DNA of 64,000 nt from Candidatus Nomurabacteria bacterium (GTDB taxonomy: Bacteria > Patescibacteriota > Minisyncoccia > Phycocordibacterales > SBAW01). The stretch covers positions 96,913 through 160,912 of the forward strand of contig JADZGF010000003.1 in assembly GCA_020854065.1 (NCBI GenBank), in the 5' to 3' direction. This document shows, piece after piece, positions 26,577-37,347 of this stretch. The position numbers and the translations under genes were made by a program. Under the pieces are notes generated by a model. It was not told the DNA's origin. It saw nothing but the letters and a program-made list of their open reading frames with translations, and ran no database searches. Each line of letters starts with the position of its first letter. Within the stretch, counting starts at the first letter, position 1.

Positions 26577-27527
26577 ATGGCACTGTTTGGCTCAAAAAAG
26601 CCCACGCCTAAGACTTTTGTCGTACTTGATATCGAGACCGGCTCGGTTGGTGGGGTATTAGTGCACCGCACTCCCGGAGAAGCTCCTCGATTATTTGGAG
26701 AAACGCGCGTTGATCTTGCGATTGGTACCACTCGCGATGCGCATACACTGCGTGAACGAGCTGCGCATGCGCTTGAGCGTGTAGCTCAATCACTTTCGCA
26801 TGTTGCTGCCCGTGTTCGCGGCAACGAAGCGACTGCGCATATGGGGAATGCTTCCCATGCAGTTGCATTTCTTGCAGCACCTTGGGGTACTCCTAATCTC
26901 GAGTCAGGTGCTCCTCAATTTTCAGCCGATATGGTGGGGAGCGTACAATCTGCACTGGCAAGCACCTTTGCCGTACCGCTCTCAGTCCATGCACGTGCTT
27001 CCGCGACACTCCATGGCGCACGGCTCCTTTTTCCGTATGAAGAGAATTACATCATTGGTATGCCGCATGGCGAGGTGTCCGAAGTGCTTGAGATAGTGGG
27101 AGGCAATGCACGCAGTCATGGCACACTTCCGGTGGGACGAAATACTATGGTTCGTACCTTTATGAGCCATGGCGGGCTGCACGAAAATGAGGGACGCTCC
27201 GCACTTAAAGCACTTTCGCTCGGACATGTACCGGCACATCTCAGTGAACCTGTTCGTCATACCTATGAGCATGTGGCGACACATTTTAATGATCTTGCGA
27301 CTTCTCATGGATGGCATGAACATGGTCGGGTATATTCTTTTGCCCATGATGGTGATTGGTTTGCGCGTGCACTTGCACACAGTTCTGCTGCAAAGAAATT
27401 CCCTGATGGAGCAGTGGTGACTGCAATTCGTGCAGAACACTTCTCTCCCTACGTTGCAGGCCATGCACAGGTACCCGATTTAGGGTTGATGCTTGGGGGT
27501 CTCTTTGTTGATAGCCATTATCGATAA
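26577..27527 (+). CDS. hypothetical protein, divergent FtsA/actin-like
   Basis: VVLDIETGSVGG phosphate-1-like motif and GEVSEV...TLPVG; ATG 6 nt after TATACT. Confidence 0.55.
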   Translation: MALFGSKKPTPKTFVVLDIETGSVGGVLVHRTPGEAPRLFGETRVDLAIGTTRDAHTLRERAAHALERVAQSLSHVAARVRGNEATAHMGNASHAVAFLAAPWGTPNLESGAPQFSADMVGSVQSALASTFAVPLSVHARASATLHGARLLFPYEENYIIGMPHGEVSEVLEIVGGNARSHGTLPVGRNTMVRTFMSHGGLHENEGRSALKALSLGHVPAHLSEPVRHTYEHVATHFNDLATSHGWHEHGRVYSFAHDGDWFARALAHSSAAKKFPDGAVVTAIRAEHFSPYVAGHAQVPDLGLMLGGLFVDSHYR

Positions 27528-27544
27528 GTGATAGACTAGATTTT

Positions 27545-28804
27545 ATGCGAGATATTAACCCCGGATACGGTGGGGCACCTGAGCACCGCTCTATCCGCAA
27601 TGTTCAGGTAGGGGGACGCCGTACACACCAGGAGCACGAGGAACACCACGTACCCCAGAGTCGGCCTCCACGTCGCCGGGGAAGAGGGCGTTTTTGGCTT
27701 ATTGCCACCGGAGTGGTTATCCTCTGTGCAATAGCGGGCGTATTACTCTCAACTACCTTTGCGGGAGCAACAGTCACCGTGCATCCTCGCCAAGTGGTGG
27801 TTCAAGCTCCTCGTTCGATTGAGGCAAAACTCACGGCCGCGGTGGGTGAGTTGGAATATCGCACCATCTCTTCAACACGTGAAGCAAGTCTGACCGTTGA
27901 TGCGGAAGGAACAAAGCAGGTAAGTCGCCAAGCATCCGGTCCGGTTACTATTTCAAATACTTTTTCTGCTGAGCCACAACGACTCATTGCAAACACTCGC
28001 TTTGAAGCGCCTGACGGCAAGATTTATCGCATCCGCGACTCCGTAACGGTTCCCGGCATGGTGGGAAGTAAAGCAGGGACAATCGTTTCAGTGGTATACG
28101 CTGATTCTCCCGGTGCAAGCTACAACAAAACGGGCGCTATCGGCTTTACCGTCCCTGGGTTTAAAAACGACCCTCGATTTGAGGGCATCACCGCACAATC
28201 CCAAGGCCCTATTTCTGGTGGTTTTGTAGGGGAAGAGCCTGCAGTATCAGACGAAGACCTTGCTGAGGCAAAAACACGCCTCACTGAGCAACTCGAAACC
28301 GAGGCAACCGCCGCACTCAATCAGTCGATCCCGGAAGGATACGGACTTCTTCCTGGAACGGTGAAAGTAACGTATTCGGAGATTGCACAAGTCGCAGAGG
28401 GAGATAGTCGTGCAAAACTCACACAGAGTGCAACCGCACAAGGCGCAATCGTACAAGGTAGTGCTATGGGTACCGCTATCGCACGACTCCAGGTGCAAGG
28501 ATATAAAGGTGAGGCAGTCGCACTTATTCCAGACAATCTCACCGTCTCCGCTTCTTCAACTGAGGAGGGAATTATCGAAATCTCCATGCAGGGCGAAGCA
28601 GGACTGGTGTGGCAGTTTGATCCGATAGCAGTGCAGCAGGCCTTGCTTGGTAAATCGAAGAAAGACTTCCAAGACATCGTAGGATCATTTGCGCCAGCAA
28701 TTGAGTGTACTGATGCACGTCCGTGCGATGCGCGACTACGTCCATTCTGGTCAGGAAACTTTCCTTCCAATCCCGATAAAATCGAGGTTGTTATAGGAAA
28801 TTAG
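27545..28804 (+). CDS. single-TM protein with baseplate-J-like extracellular domain
   Basis: basic patch plus TM; ASG.VTI.N..S...Q.L...TRF...G..YR...V.VPG, V.AD.PG..YN. Confidence 0.65.
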   Translation: MRDINPGYGGAPEHRSIRNVQVGGRRTHQEHEEHHVPQSRPPRRRGRGRFWLIATGVVILCAIAGVLLSTTFAGATVTVHPRQVVVQAPRSIEAKLTAAVGELEYRTISSTREASLTVDAEGTKQVSRQASGPVTISNTFSAEPQRLIANTRFEAPDGKIYRIRDSVTVPGMVGSKAGTIVSVVYADSPGASYNKTGAIGFTVPGFKNDPRFEGITAQSQGPISGGFVGEEPAVSDEDLAEAKTRLTEQLETEATAALNQSIPEGYGLLPGTVKVTYSEIAQVAEGDSRAKLTQSATAQGAIVQGSAMGTAIARLQVQGYKGEAVALIPDNLTVSASSTEEGIIEISMQGEAGLVWQFDPIAVQQALLGKSKKDFQDIVGSFAPAIECTDARPCDARLRPFWSGNFPSNPDKIEVVIGN

Positions 28805-28903
28805 AAATGTACTTTTGTCAAATTTTGGGGGAAGGGAAAACCGCCAAAAACATCTGACTTTACAGGCATAAACAGATAGGGTAGGATAAGGAACGTCGCC
28901 TAA

Positions 28904-29116
28904 ATGGAGGACAAGCAACCTGAAATACAGGGCCTTGTAGAAGAGGCCTTGCCTAATACCTTGTTCCGCGTAACCGTCGAAGGTGCCGAGGAACCGATAT
29001 TGGCATATCTTGCGGGTAAGATGCGATTACATCGCATTAAAGTACTCGTCGGGGATAAGGTGTTGCTTAAACTCGATCCATATGGCGGCAAAGCACGTAT
29101 CACACGGAGACTCTAG
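28904..29116 (+). CDS. infA: translation initiation factor IF-1
   Basis: [28 protein letters not shown]. Confidence 0.97.
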   Translation: MEDKQPEIQGLVEEALPNTLFRVTVEGAEEPILAYLAGKMRLHRIKVLVGDKVLLKLDPYGGKARITRRL

Positions 29117-29117
29117 T

Positions 29118-29231
29118 ATGAAAATTAAGGCATCGATCAAAACCCGTTGCGCCAACTGCAAAATGCTCCGCCGCAAAGGACGGATCTATGTCATCTGCAG
29201 CAATCCGCGTCATAAGCAGCGCCAAGGCTAA
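29118..29231 (+). CDS. rpmJ: 50S ribosomal protein L36
   Basis: [34 protein letters not shown] from ATG 29118. Confidence 0.97.
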   Translation: MKIKASIKTRCANCKMLRRKGRIYVICSNPRHKQRQG

Positions 29232-29242
29232 TCAAAACACTC

Positions 29243-29620
29243 ATGCGTATCTCAGGTATCACCATTCCTAATAAACAAGTACCCTACGCGCTCACGGCGC
29301 TTTATGGTATCGGTGTATCACGTGCAAAATCGATTGTTACGCAGGCAAAAGTAGATCCTTCGAAGCGTGCTGATGATCTTTCGGCAGACGAAGAGGCAGC
29401 ACTCCGCAAAATCATTGAGACTCTTAAACTTGAAGGCGACCTTAAACGTGAGGTTGCAGGAAACATTAAGCGCCTCAAAGATATCGGCAGCTACCGTGGC
29501 ACCCGCCACAACAAGCACATGCCGGTTCGCGGTCAGCGCACCAAGACGAACTCCCGCACGGTCCGTGGCAACGTCCGCAAGACCATGGGTAGCGGTCGCC
29601 GTAAGGAAAGCAAGACATAA
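29243..29620 (+). CDS. rpsM: 30S ribosomal protein S13
   Basis: ALTALYGIG, EGDL, SYRG.RH...PVRGQRTKTN.RT. Confidence 0.97.
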   Translation: MRISGITIPNKQVPYALTALYGIGVSRAKSIVTQAKVDPSKRADDLSADEEAALRKIIETLKLEGDLKREVAGNIKRLKDIGSYRGTRHNKHMPVRGQRTKTNSRTVRGNVRKTMGSGRRKESKT

Positions 29621-29625
29621 TTAAT

Positions 29626-30054
29626 ATGGGTAAGAAACGTATAGTTAAAAAAGGAGGTGAGTCTGGCGCTACAGGTGCTGCATCTTCGTCGCGCTCGGGT
29701 AAGCGCAAGATGGACACTGGTGTCCTTTATGTCGAGGCAACCTACAACAACACCAAAGTATCCCTTACGGATGATCGCGGTGGTGTCGTTACCTGGAGCT
29801 CTTCTGGTTCCTTGGGCTTTGCAGGGGCAAAAAAGGGTACACCCTTTGCTGCTGCCAAAGTAGGGGAGCTTATCGGTGAGCGCGCAGCAGGTATGGGCGT
29901 GAAGGAAGTTTCGGTCGTGGTATCCGGTGTAGGCGCAGGACGCGAGTCGTCAATCCGCGCATTTGCAACCAAAGGTATTCATATTAATTCGATCAAAGAC
30001 ACGACTCCGGTACCGCACAACGGTCCTCGTGCTCCAAAAGCGCGCCGCGTATAA
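29626..30054 (+). CDS. rpsK: 30S ribosomal protein S11
   Basis: YNNT, KKGTPFAA, G.GRES, D.TPVPHNG. Confidence 0.97.
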   Translation: MGKKRIVKKGGESGATGAASSSRSGKRKMDTGVLYVEATYNNTKVSLTDDRGGVVTWSSSGSLGFAGAKKGTPFAAAKVGELIGERAAGMGVKEVSVVVSGVGAGRESSIRAFATKGIHINSIKDTTPVPHNGPRAPKARRV

Positions 30055-30063
30055 AATATATTT

Positions 30064-30669
30064 ATGTTAGTCGGACCAAAATACAAAATTTGTAAGCGCC
30101 TTGGCTCCTCAGTCTTTGAGAAGTGCCAGACGCAGAAGTTCCAGCTTGCCGAGGCACGTGCCCCGCGCAAGACTCGTGGTCGCGGTCGTGGTTCCGACTT
30201 CGGCGCACAACTCCTTGAGAAGCAGAAAGCTCGCTTTACGTACGGTCTTACCGAAACACAGTTCAGCCGCTACGCACACGAGGCAATGGAGAAGAAGGGT
30301 GCAAGCACGACTGGTCTTCTTGCACGCCTTGAAGGTCGCCTTGATAACGTCGTATACCGTGCTGGCTTCACCAAAACCCGCCGCGCCGCACGCCAACTTG
30401 TCTCTCATGGTCACGTGATGGTGAATGGTCGCCGCTCTATGGTGCCATCGCATCAGGTGGATGAGGGTGATGTAGTGTCTATTCGCCCTGAGTCTCGTGG
30501 TTCTGCGCTCTTTGCAAACCGCGCCGAAGCAGTGGCTGAGTCGAAGACACCTGCATGGATTGCTCTTGAAGATCAAGGTTTTGCTGCAAAGATTGCAGAG
30601 AAGCCTATGGTTGAAGAGACATCGGCGCCGTTTAATGCGGCAACGGTGATTCAGTTCTATAGCCGTTAA
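30064..30669 (+). CDS. rpsD: 30S ribosomal protein S4
   Basis: QLLEKQK.RF.YG, LE.RLDNVVYR.GF, ARQLVSHGH, FYSR. Confidence 0.97.
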   Translation: MLVGPKYKICKRLGSSVFEKCQTQKFQLAEARAPRKTRGRGRGSDFGAQLLEKQKARFTYGLTETQFSRYAHEAMEKKGASTTGLLARLEGRLDNVVYRAGFTKTRRAARQLVSHGHVMVNGRRSMVPSHQVDEGDVVSIRPESRGSALFANRAEAVAESKTPAWIALEDQGFAAKIAEKPMVEETSAPFNAATVIQFYSR

Positions 30670-30704
30670 TATTATTAGTGCGTTCCTAACGATTGAGTTG
30701 CGAT

Positions 30705-31655
30705 ATGATGGAATATTCTATAACACTCCCTTCGAAGCCACGTGTGGTTTCTGAGTCGGAGACCGAGGGCATTTACGAAATAGATGGGCTCTACCCAGGC
30801 TACGGTCACACGCTTGGAAACAGCCTCCGCCGCATTATCCTTTCCTCTCTCCCTGGTGCGGCTATCACCTCCGTTAAAATCGACGGGGTTGAGCATGAAT
30901 TTTCAACTATGGCAGGTGTCCGTGAGGATATCGTCACTCTCTTGCTTAACCTTAAGAAATTGCGCTTTGAGGTACTTTCCGGCGAAGCACAGAAGGTAAC
31001 ATTGAATGCAAAGGGTCCAAAGAAAGTAACGGGTGCAGACCTTGTCGTTCCTGGCCAGGTTCGTCTCCTTACCCCAAACAGCTACCTCTGCGAGCTTACT
31101 GACAAGACTTCACTTGATATTGAGTGCACCGTTGAGCGGGGCTTAGGCTACGTACCACGTGACCTCCTTAAGAAGGAGCGCGTTGAGATCGGCGAGATTT
31201 CTCTTGATGCAGCATTCAGCCCAATCCGCCGTGCAAACTACGAGGTAGAGAACATGCGCGTTGGTGACCGTACTGACTTCAATCGTCTCCGCATCATGCT
31301 TGAGACTGACGGCACCCTTTCTCCTCGTGCAGCACTTGAGCAGTCGCTCGAGATCATGATCACCCAGCTTAAATCCATTGTCGGCTTCCGCGAGGAGACC
31401 CTTGAGCAGTCACAAGCTCCTGTTGCCGAGTCTATGGCACCTGCAGTTGATAGCTCTGAGGCTCTCAAGACTCGTATCGAGGACTTGGAGCTTGGAAGTC
31501 GCACTGTAGCTGCTTTGGAAAAGGCCAACATTCGCACGGTAGGGGGTCTTGCACGCAAGAAAGAGCAAGATCTTATGGAGATTGAGGGTCTTGGTCCTAA
31601 ATCGATCCAGGAGATCAAGCGGGCTTTGGCAAACTTCGGAATTGTGCTTAAGTAA
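30705..31655 (+). CDS. rpoA: RNA polymerase alpha subunit
   Basis: GYGHTLGNSLRRIILSS, HEFST..GV.ED, DA.FSP, alpha-CTD. Confidence 0.97.
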   Translation: MMEYSITLPSKPRVVSESETEGIYEIDGLYPGYGHTLGNSLRRIILSSLPGAAITSVKIDGVEHEFSTMAGVREDIVTLLLNLKKLRFEVLSGEAQKVTLNAKGPKKVTGADLVVPGQVRLLTPNSYLCELTDKTSLDIECTVERGLGYVPRDLLKKERVEIGEISLDAAFSPIRRANYEVENMRVGDRTDFNRLRIMLETDGTLSPRAALEQSLEIMITQLKSIVGFREETLEQSQAPVAESMAPAVDSSEALKTRIEDLELGSRTVAALEKANIRTVGGLARKKEQDLMEIEGLGPKSIQEIKRALANFGIVLK

Positions 31656-31661
31656 ACCACC

Positions 31662-32009
31662 ATGCGTCACGGAAATGTAAATCGTAAATTTGGGCGGGAG
31701 CGGGGACAGCGGAAAGCGATGCTTTCTTCGCTTGCCCGAAACCTCATCATTAAGGGTCGTATTAAGACGACCGAGGCCCGCGCAAAGGAGATTCGCCCAC
31801 TCGTAGAAAAGATGGTCACCAAGGGCAAATCTGCAACGCTTGCAAGCCGCCGTGCCCTTATCTCTTCGCTTCATGATGAGCGCGTGGTCCGGAAGCTCAT
31901 CAAGACTGCAGAGAACTATACTGAACGCTCAGGTGGATACCTTCGCATCGTAAAGATGGGACCACGTAAGGGTGATGCTGCACCGATGGCTATCATTGAA
32001 TTTGTATAA
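31662..32009 (+). CDS. rplQ: 50S ribosomal protein L17
   Basis: MRHG, IKTT.ARAKE, R.GGY.RI, R.GDAAPMAIIEFV. Confidence 0.97.
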   Translation: MRHGNVNRKFGRERGQRKAMLSSLARNLIIKGRIKTTEARAKEIRPLVEKMVTKGKSATLASRRALISSLHDERVVRKLIKTAENYTERSGGYLRIVKMGPRKGDAAPMAIIEFV

Positions 32010-32013
32010 CCGT

Positions 32014-32355
32014 ATGACTACTATTGACGCACAAGACAAAACGCTCGGCCGTGTCGCATCTGCGGCAGCAAAGGCATTGCTCAATAAGCACTCCGTTGAT
32101 TTCGCTAAGAATGTCGTACGCACTGATGGTGTAGAGGTTATTAATGCCTCGAAGGTACGCATCTCGGGTGATAAAGCACGCGACAAGGAGTATGTCCGTT
32201 ACTCAGGCTACCCAGGTGGCCAGAAGATCCAGTCATACCAAATGTTGGTTGACCGTAAGGGTCACAAAGAGGCAATCCGTAAAGCAATCTTGGGAATGCT
32301 TCCAAAAAACAAGCTCCAGGCACTCCGGATAAAACTCCTTACCATTAAAGACTAA
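32014..32355 (+). CDS. rplM: 50S ribosomal protein L13 (short)
   Basis: IDA....LGR.AS, V.VINA, SGYPGG, GMLPKN; ATG 32014. Confidence 0.95.
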   Translation: MTTIDAQDKTLGRVASAAAKALLNKHSVDFAKNVVRTDGVEVINASKVRISGDKARDKEYVRYSGYPGGQKIQSYQMLVDRKGHKEAIRKAILGMLPKNKLQALRIKLLTIKD

Positions 32356-32359
32356 TTGT

Positions 32360-32767
32360 ATGGCTACCAAGAAAAACAGCGGATATATCGAAACGGTTGG
32401 ACGTCGCAAGACCGCTATTGCCCGCGCACGTCTTGTCCCTGCACCTCGCACGGGTGTGTTGGTGAACAACAAGGATGTGAACGCCTATTTCCCAACCGAC
32501 ACTCTTCGCACGACTGCTCTTGAGCCGTTTCTTAAGATTACGCTCCCTGGCCAATTTGAGGTCACCATACGCGTTACCGGTGGTGGTATTGCCGGGCAAG
32601 CTGTCGCCGTACGTCATGCAATTTCACGCGCACTCATTGAGCATGACATTTCACTGCGTGGTGCACTTAAATCCGCAGGCTACCTCAAGCGTGACCCACG
32701 TGCCAAAGAGCGCCGCAAGCCAGGACTCCTAAAGGCTCGCAAGCGCAAGCAGTGGAGCAAGCGCTAA
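32360..32767 (+). CDS. rpsI: 30S ribosomal protein S9
   Basis: GRRKTA.AR, GGG..GQ, RDPR.KER.KPGL.KARK..QWSKR. Confidence 0.97.
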   Translation: MATKKNSGYIETVGRRKTAIARARLVPAPRTGVLVNNKDVNAYFPTDTLRTTALEPFLKITLPGQFEVTIRVTGGGIAGQAVAVRHAISRALIEHDISLRGALKSAGYLKRDPRAKERRKPGLLKARKRKQWSKR

Positions 32768-32780
32768 GCGCACTACACCA

Positions 32781-32807
32781 CAAAAGCCCCCACTCGGGGG
32801 TTTTTTG
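32781..32807 (+). terminator. terminator of the ribosomal block
   Basis: AAAAGCCCCC-N-GGGGGTTTTTT. Confidence 0.8.
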
Positions 32808-32826
32808 TTTTTGATAAGATACGGGT

Positions 32827-33090
32827 ATGCATCCCTTAGTGCCCGCGCTTGCTAATTTTTTTGTCCACGGGCTTGGCTACCTCCTTATCCGCAAACGTAT
32901 GGTATTTGGGGTAATGGTGTTAGTCGCTTCTGTGCTTGGATGGGCATGGAGTATCCGTCATCCACTCCCTGATACTTTTTTTGCAGGGGAATCACTCTTT
33001 TTGTGTGTCGCAGTCTATTTGCTTATGTCGCTGGCGTTTGCATACGATGCCTATACGGAGGCAAAAAAATTGACTAATCTCCATTTTTGA
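32827..33090 (+). CDS. small membrane protein
   Basis: 87 aa, 2-3 TM segments, GLGY motif. Confidence 0.7.
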   Translation: MHPLVPALANFFVHGLGYLLIRKRMVFGVMVLVASVLGWAWSIRHPLPDTFFAGESLFLCVAVYLLMSLAFAYDAYTEAKKLTNLHF

Positions 33091-33107
33091 TTACAATACT
33101 TCGACGT

Positions 33108-33587
33108 ATGGAGACTTCAGATGACGAATTTGTCTCCGAAGAGGAGGCAGAAGAGGGTCCTGCGCTTATCAAGCGTCTGCGGGAGCGGCTCAAAAAAGCA
33201 GTTGGAGAGAAACAAGAGTATCTCGAAGGATGGCAACGTGCCCGAGCAGACTTTGCGAACTATAAAAAAGAGGAGGCGACAATGCATACCGATCGCGAAG
33301 CTCGTATCAAGGCACAAGTCATAGAAGATCTCTTGCCTGCACTCGATGCACTTGAACTTTCCCTTAAACACGAGGACACTCCTGCACTTCGGATGATTGA
33401 AAAGCAGTTTTTAGACGCCTTAAAGAGGATGGGGGTAGAGCGGTTTGGGGCGGTGGGCGAAGAGTTTGATCCCGCGATACACGAAGCATTAGCAAAGAAT
33501 GGAGAGGACCACACGATAACTGAAATTGCACGGTCCGGATACAAAATAGATGAAACCATTATTAGAGCAGCGCAGGTAATCCTATAA
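33108..33587 (+). CDS. grpE: nucleotide exchange factor GrpE
   Basis: [27 protein letters not shown]; upstream of dnaK; TTGACT-N16-TACAAT promoter. Confidence 0.93.
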   Translation: METSDDEFVSEEEAEEGPALIKRLRERLKKAVGEKQEYLEGWQRARADFANYKKEEATMHTDREARIKAQVIEDLLPALDALELSLKHEDTPALRMIEKQFLDALKRMGVERFGAVGEEFDPAIHEALAKNGEDHTITEIARSGYKIDETIIRAAQVIL

Positions 33588-33592
33588 ACGAT

Positions 33593-35467
33593 ATGGCAAA
33601 AATACTTGGTATAGATTTAGGCACCACAAACTCCGCAATGGCAATCATGCGTGGTGGGGAGCCTCAGATATTGGAAAATGCAGAAGGCGCGCGCACGATG
33701 CCTTCAGTTGCGGCGGTGGGTAAATCAGGTGAGCGCCTGGTTGGCCTTATCGCACGCCGCCAAGCAGTCACCAATCCCAAAAATACGATCTATCAGATCA
33801 AACGCTTCATCGGCCACACGTTTGATGAGCCGGGTGTACAGAAAGATGCTGCAGCAGTGCCGTTTGAAACCCGTAAAGGAGCAACAGGCGGCATTGAGGT
33901 GAAGATGGGGGAGCAATGGATGCGTCCTGAAGAGGTCTCAGCCATGATCTTGGGTAAATTGAAGGCTGATGCAGAAAAACGCTTGGGTGAGACTATTACC
34001 GAAGCGGTCATCACGGTGCCTGCATATTTCAACGACGCCCAGCGTGCAGCAACCCGTGATGCAGGAAAGATCGCAGGACTTGAAGTAAAGCGCATCATTA
34101 ACGAACCGACTGCAGCAGCGCTCGCATACGGATTCAACAAAAAAAAGGATGAAAAGGTAGTCGTCTTTGATTTTGGCGGCGGTACGTTCGATATCTCAGT
34201 CCTTGAGGTAGTCATGGCAGGGGAGCAAGAAGGTTCTATCGAGGTCCGTTCAACTGATGGTGATGCACACTTAGGCGGTAAAGATATTGACCAGAAAATT
34301 ATTGACTGGATTGCAAGTGAGTTCCAGAAAGAGTCCGGTATTGATGTGCGCAAAGATCCCCTTGCACGTCAGCGTCTAGACGAAGCGGCAGAGAAAGCAA
34401 AGATTGAACTCTCAACTGCTTCTGAGACGGAGATAAACATTCCGTTTATCACTTCTGATGCATCGGGTCCACGACACCTTCTTATCAAGATGTCCCGTGC
34501 AAAGCTTGAGGAACTTGCTGCTGAGTTTATCGAACGCGCTATCGCTATCACCAAGCGTGCCATGGAAGCGTCTCCTTTTAAAGTGGGGGATATCAATGAG
34601 GTTATCTTAGTTGGTGGTCAAACTCGTATGCCCGCAATGCAGGCGGCTGTGGAGCAATTCTTTGGCAAGAAGCCAAACATGAGCGTGAACCCCGATGAGG
34701 TAGTGGCTATGGGTGCCGCAATCCAGGGCGGCATCTTGGGTGGCGAGGTACGCGACGTACTCTTGCTCGATGTCATTCCACTCTCTTTGGGTATCGAGAC
34801 TATGGGTGGTGTTGCCACTAAACTCATTGAGCGCAACACGACCATTCCAACCAGCCGTTCACAGATATTCTCCACTGCAGCAGACAATCAGACGTCGGTA
34901 GAGATCCATATTACGCAAGGTGAGCGTGCTATGGCGGCTGATAACAAGTCATTGGGGAAGTTCGTGCTCGATGGTATTCCACCGGCACCACGCGGGCTTC
35001 CACAGGTCGAAGTTACCTTCGATGTTGATGCAAACGGCATTCTCACGGTTAAAGCAAAGGATAAAGCGACGAATAAAGAGCAGTCCATCCGCATCGAAGG
35101 CTCTTCAGGTCTCTCAGAAGCTGACATTGAGCGTATGCGCAAAGACGCTGATGCGAACGCTGCAGCGGATAAACAAAAGATGGAGCTTGTGGAAGCGCGT
35201 AACCTCGCAGAACAAGCGGTGTATGCGGCACGCAAATCACTCACTGATAACAAAGGCAAGATACCGGCTGAGTTGGAGACTGAGATCAATACAAAAATTA
35301 CCGCTGTAGAGGGGAAGAAGACGAGTGAGAATGTTGCTGAAATAAAGGCAGCAACCGAGGATCTCTCGAAAGAACTCTCCAAAGTCTACGAAGCAGTGCA
35401 GAAGAATCAAACTCCTCCACCTCAGGAGCCAGGTTCTCAGTCCGCGCCAAGCGACAATCCAGAGTAA
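33593..35467 (+). CDS. dnaK: chaperone DnaK
   Basis: [34 protein letters not shown]. Confidence 0.98.
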   Translation: MAKILGIDLGTTNSAMAIMRGGEPQILENAEGARTMPSVAAVGKSGERLVGLIARRQAVTNPKNTIYQIKRFIGHTFDEPGVQKDAAAVPFETRKGATGGIEVKMGEQWMRPEEVSAMILGKLKADAEKRLGETITEAVITVPAYFNDAQRAATRDAGKIAGLEVKRIINEPTAAALAYGFNKKKDEKVVVFDFGGGTFDISVLEVVMAGEQEGSIEVRSTDGDAHLGGKDIDQKIIDWIASEFQKESGIDVRKDPLARQRLDEAAEKAKIELSTASETEINIPFITSDASGPRHLLIKMSRAKLEELAAEFIERAIAITKRAMEASPFKVGDINEVILVGGQTRMPAMQAAVEQFFGKKPNMSVNPDEVVAMGAAIQGGILGGEVRDVLLLDVIPLSLGIETMGGVATKLIERNTTIPTSRSQIFSTAADNQTSVEIHITQGERAMAADNKSLGKFVLDGIPPAPRGLPQVEVTFDVDANGILTVKAKDKATNKEQSIRIEGSSGLSEADIERMRKDADANAAADKQKMELVEARNLAEQAVYAARKSLTDNKGKIPAELETEINTKITAVEGKKTSENVAEIKAATEDLSKELSKVYEAVQKNQTPPPQEPGSQSAPSDNPE

Positions 35468-35485
35468 AAAAGTTAGGATAGAGAA

Positions 35486-37333
35486 ATGCCCACTCACTCG
35501 AACAAAAAAATAGCTCCCGCAGGGAGTGTATTGCGCATGTATTGGGCTGCAGTGATAAGATACCCATATCATCTTATCGCTGCTGTTATTGGTATCCTGA
35601 TCATTCAGGCAGGATATGTATTGTCTCCCATATATCTTAGCCAATTTATTACCCAATTGGCTCAATTGGAGCCCTCTCCTCAAAATGCCGCCATCCTTTT
35701 AACTCCACTCTTTTTATATGCGACATTAGAGTTGCTCGCCTGGATAGGCCATCGAATTGAAATGCTCGCAGGAGTGCGGTTGACTCCAAAAGTCATGGCC
35801 GACCTCACTAACCAGGCATTTAGCCATTTATTACACCATTCGTATCAATTTTTCACTTCATCATTCGCGGGAGCTCTTACGCGCCGCGTGACCCGATACG
35901 CCCATGCATTTGATAAATTATATGACTCAATAGCACATTCACTCGGCCCAGCGCTGCTCTACATAGTCGGTATCATCATCGTCCTTGGGACCCGCAGTGC
36001 ATTGCTGAGCGTTATCCTTTTGGTATGGACGGTACTATTCGTCTTTATCCAATGGTGGCTTATCCGTTGGCAACAACCATTACGGCGCGCTCGTGCCGAA
36101 GAAGATAGCAATGTGACTGCGGCTGTTGCTGATTCAATTTCTAATCAAACAACTATTCAGTTGTTTTCTGGTAATCAGTATGAAAACGGGTTAGTACATA
36201 ATGCTGCGCGTAAATGGCAAAACGCACTCACGCGAGTGTGGATGTCTGAGTGGTGGATCTATGGCACGCTTGGTCTTTTTGCCCTTGCGATAAACGTAGT
36301 ACTTCTATGGGTTGCATTACAGTACTGGCAACAAGGACTTCTTGTGGTGGGTGATTTTGTACTTATCCAAGCATATGTGTTCCGTCTTATGAATCATATT
36401 TGGAGCATTGGACGCGAGTTCCGCAGTATCTACACTTCTATCGCTGATGCGGGAGAAATGGTCGCCTTACTTGAAACCCCGCACGAGGTTACTAATAAAA
36501 AAGGAGCGAAGCCATTGGCCACAAAAAATGGAGAAGTATGGTTTGACGACGTGTCGTTCCGTTTTGGAGATGGGAAAAACGTACTTCATCAATTTAACCT
36601 CCGCATTGCTCCGGGAGAAAAAGTAGCCTTGGTTGGACCCTCGGGCGCAGGCAAATCAACTGTTACAAAGCTTCTTTTACGTTTATACGATGTCGACAAA
36701 GGAAATATCAATATCGATGGACAAAACATTGCAGAAGTAACACAAGATAGCGTGCGGGACGCTATTGCCTTCGTGCCGCAAGAACCAATACTCTTCCACC
36801 GTACCTTGATGGAAAACATCCGTTATGGGCGTCGTGATGCGACAGATGCAGAAGTCATTGAGGCAGCCAAAGCAGCACACTGCCATGAGTTTATCGACGC
36901 ACTGCCGCAAAAATACGAAACGTATGTCGGGGAGCGAGGTATTAAACTCTCTGGGGGTGAGCGTCAACGTGTCGCAATTGCCCGCGCCATACTTAAAGAT
37001 GCCCCTATACTCGTGCTCGATGAAGCAACCTCTTCTTTGGATAGTGAAAGCGAGGCATACATTCAAGATGCACTCGAGACGTTGATGGAGGGTAAGACGG
37101 TGATCACGGTAGCGCACCGACTCTCTACCATTATGAAAATGGATCGTATTGTCGTCATGCAGGGTGGCGCCATTGTCGCTATGGGCACGCACCTAGAACT
37201 AATCCGTGAGCAAGGACTGTATCAAAAACTATGGTCAATCCAGGCAGGAGGTTTTTTGGGTGATGGAGAGAAGCCAAAAGAGATTACGCAGGAGGATACG
37301 GTGCCGCTTGCAGAAGAAGAGGAGGATCAGTAA
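35486..37333 (+). CDS. ABC exporter, fused permease-ATPase
   Basis: 6-TM domain, GPSGAGKST, LSGGERQR, LDEATSSLD. Confidence 0.93.
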   Translation: MPTHSNKKIAPAGSVLRMYWAAVIRYPYHLIAAVIGILIIQAGYVLSPIYLSQFITQLAQLEPSPQNAAILLTPLFLYATLELLAWIGHRIEMLAGVRLTPKVMADLTNQAFSHLLHHSYQFFTSSFAGALTRRVTRYAHAFDKLYDSIAHSLGPALLYIVGIIIVLGTRSALLSVILLVWTVLFVFIQWWLIRWQQPLRRARAEEDSNVTAAVADSISNQTTIQLFSGNQYENGLVHNAARKWQNALTRVWMSEWWIYGTLGLFALAINVVLLWVALQYWQQGLLVVGDFVLIQAYVFRLMNHIWSIGREFRSIYTSIADAGEMVALLETPHEVTNKKGAKPLATKNGEVWFDDVSFRFGDGKNVLHQFNLRIAPGEKVALVGPSGAGKSTVTKLLLRLYDVDKGNINIDGQNIAEVTQDSVRDAIAFVPQEPILFHRTLMENIRYGRRDATDAEVIEAAKAAHCHEFIDALPQKYETYVGERGIKLSGGERQRVAIARAILKDAPILVLDEATSSLDSESEAYIQDALETLMEGKTVITVAHRLSTIMKMDRIVVMQGGAIVAMGTHLELIREQGLYQKLWSIQAGGFLGDGEKPKEITQEDTVPLAEEEEDQ

Positions 37334-37347
37334 GATAGGTTAAATCT

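Noticed and set aside
27545-28804. Baseplate-J-like domain as evidence of a prophage
   Set aside because: Membrane-anchored, flanked by core genes, and no other phage genes present
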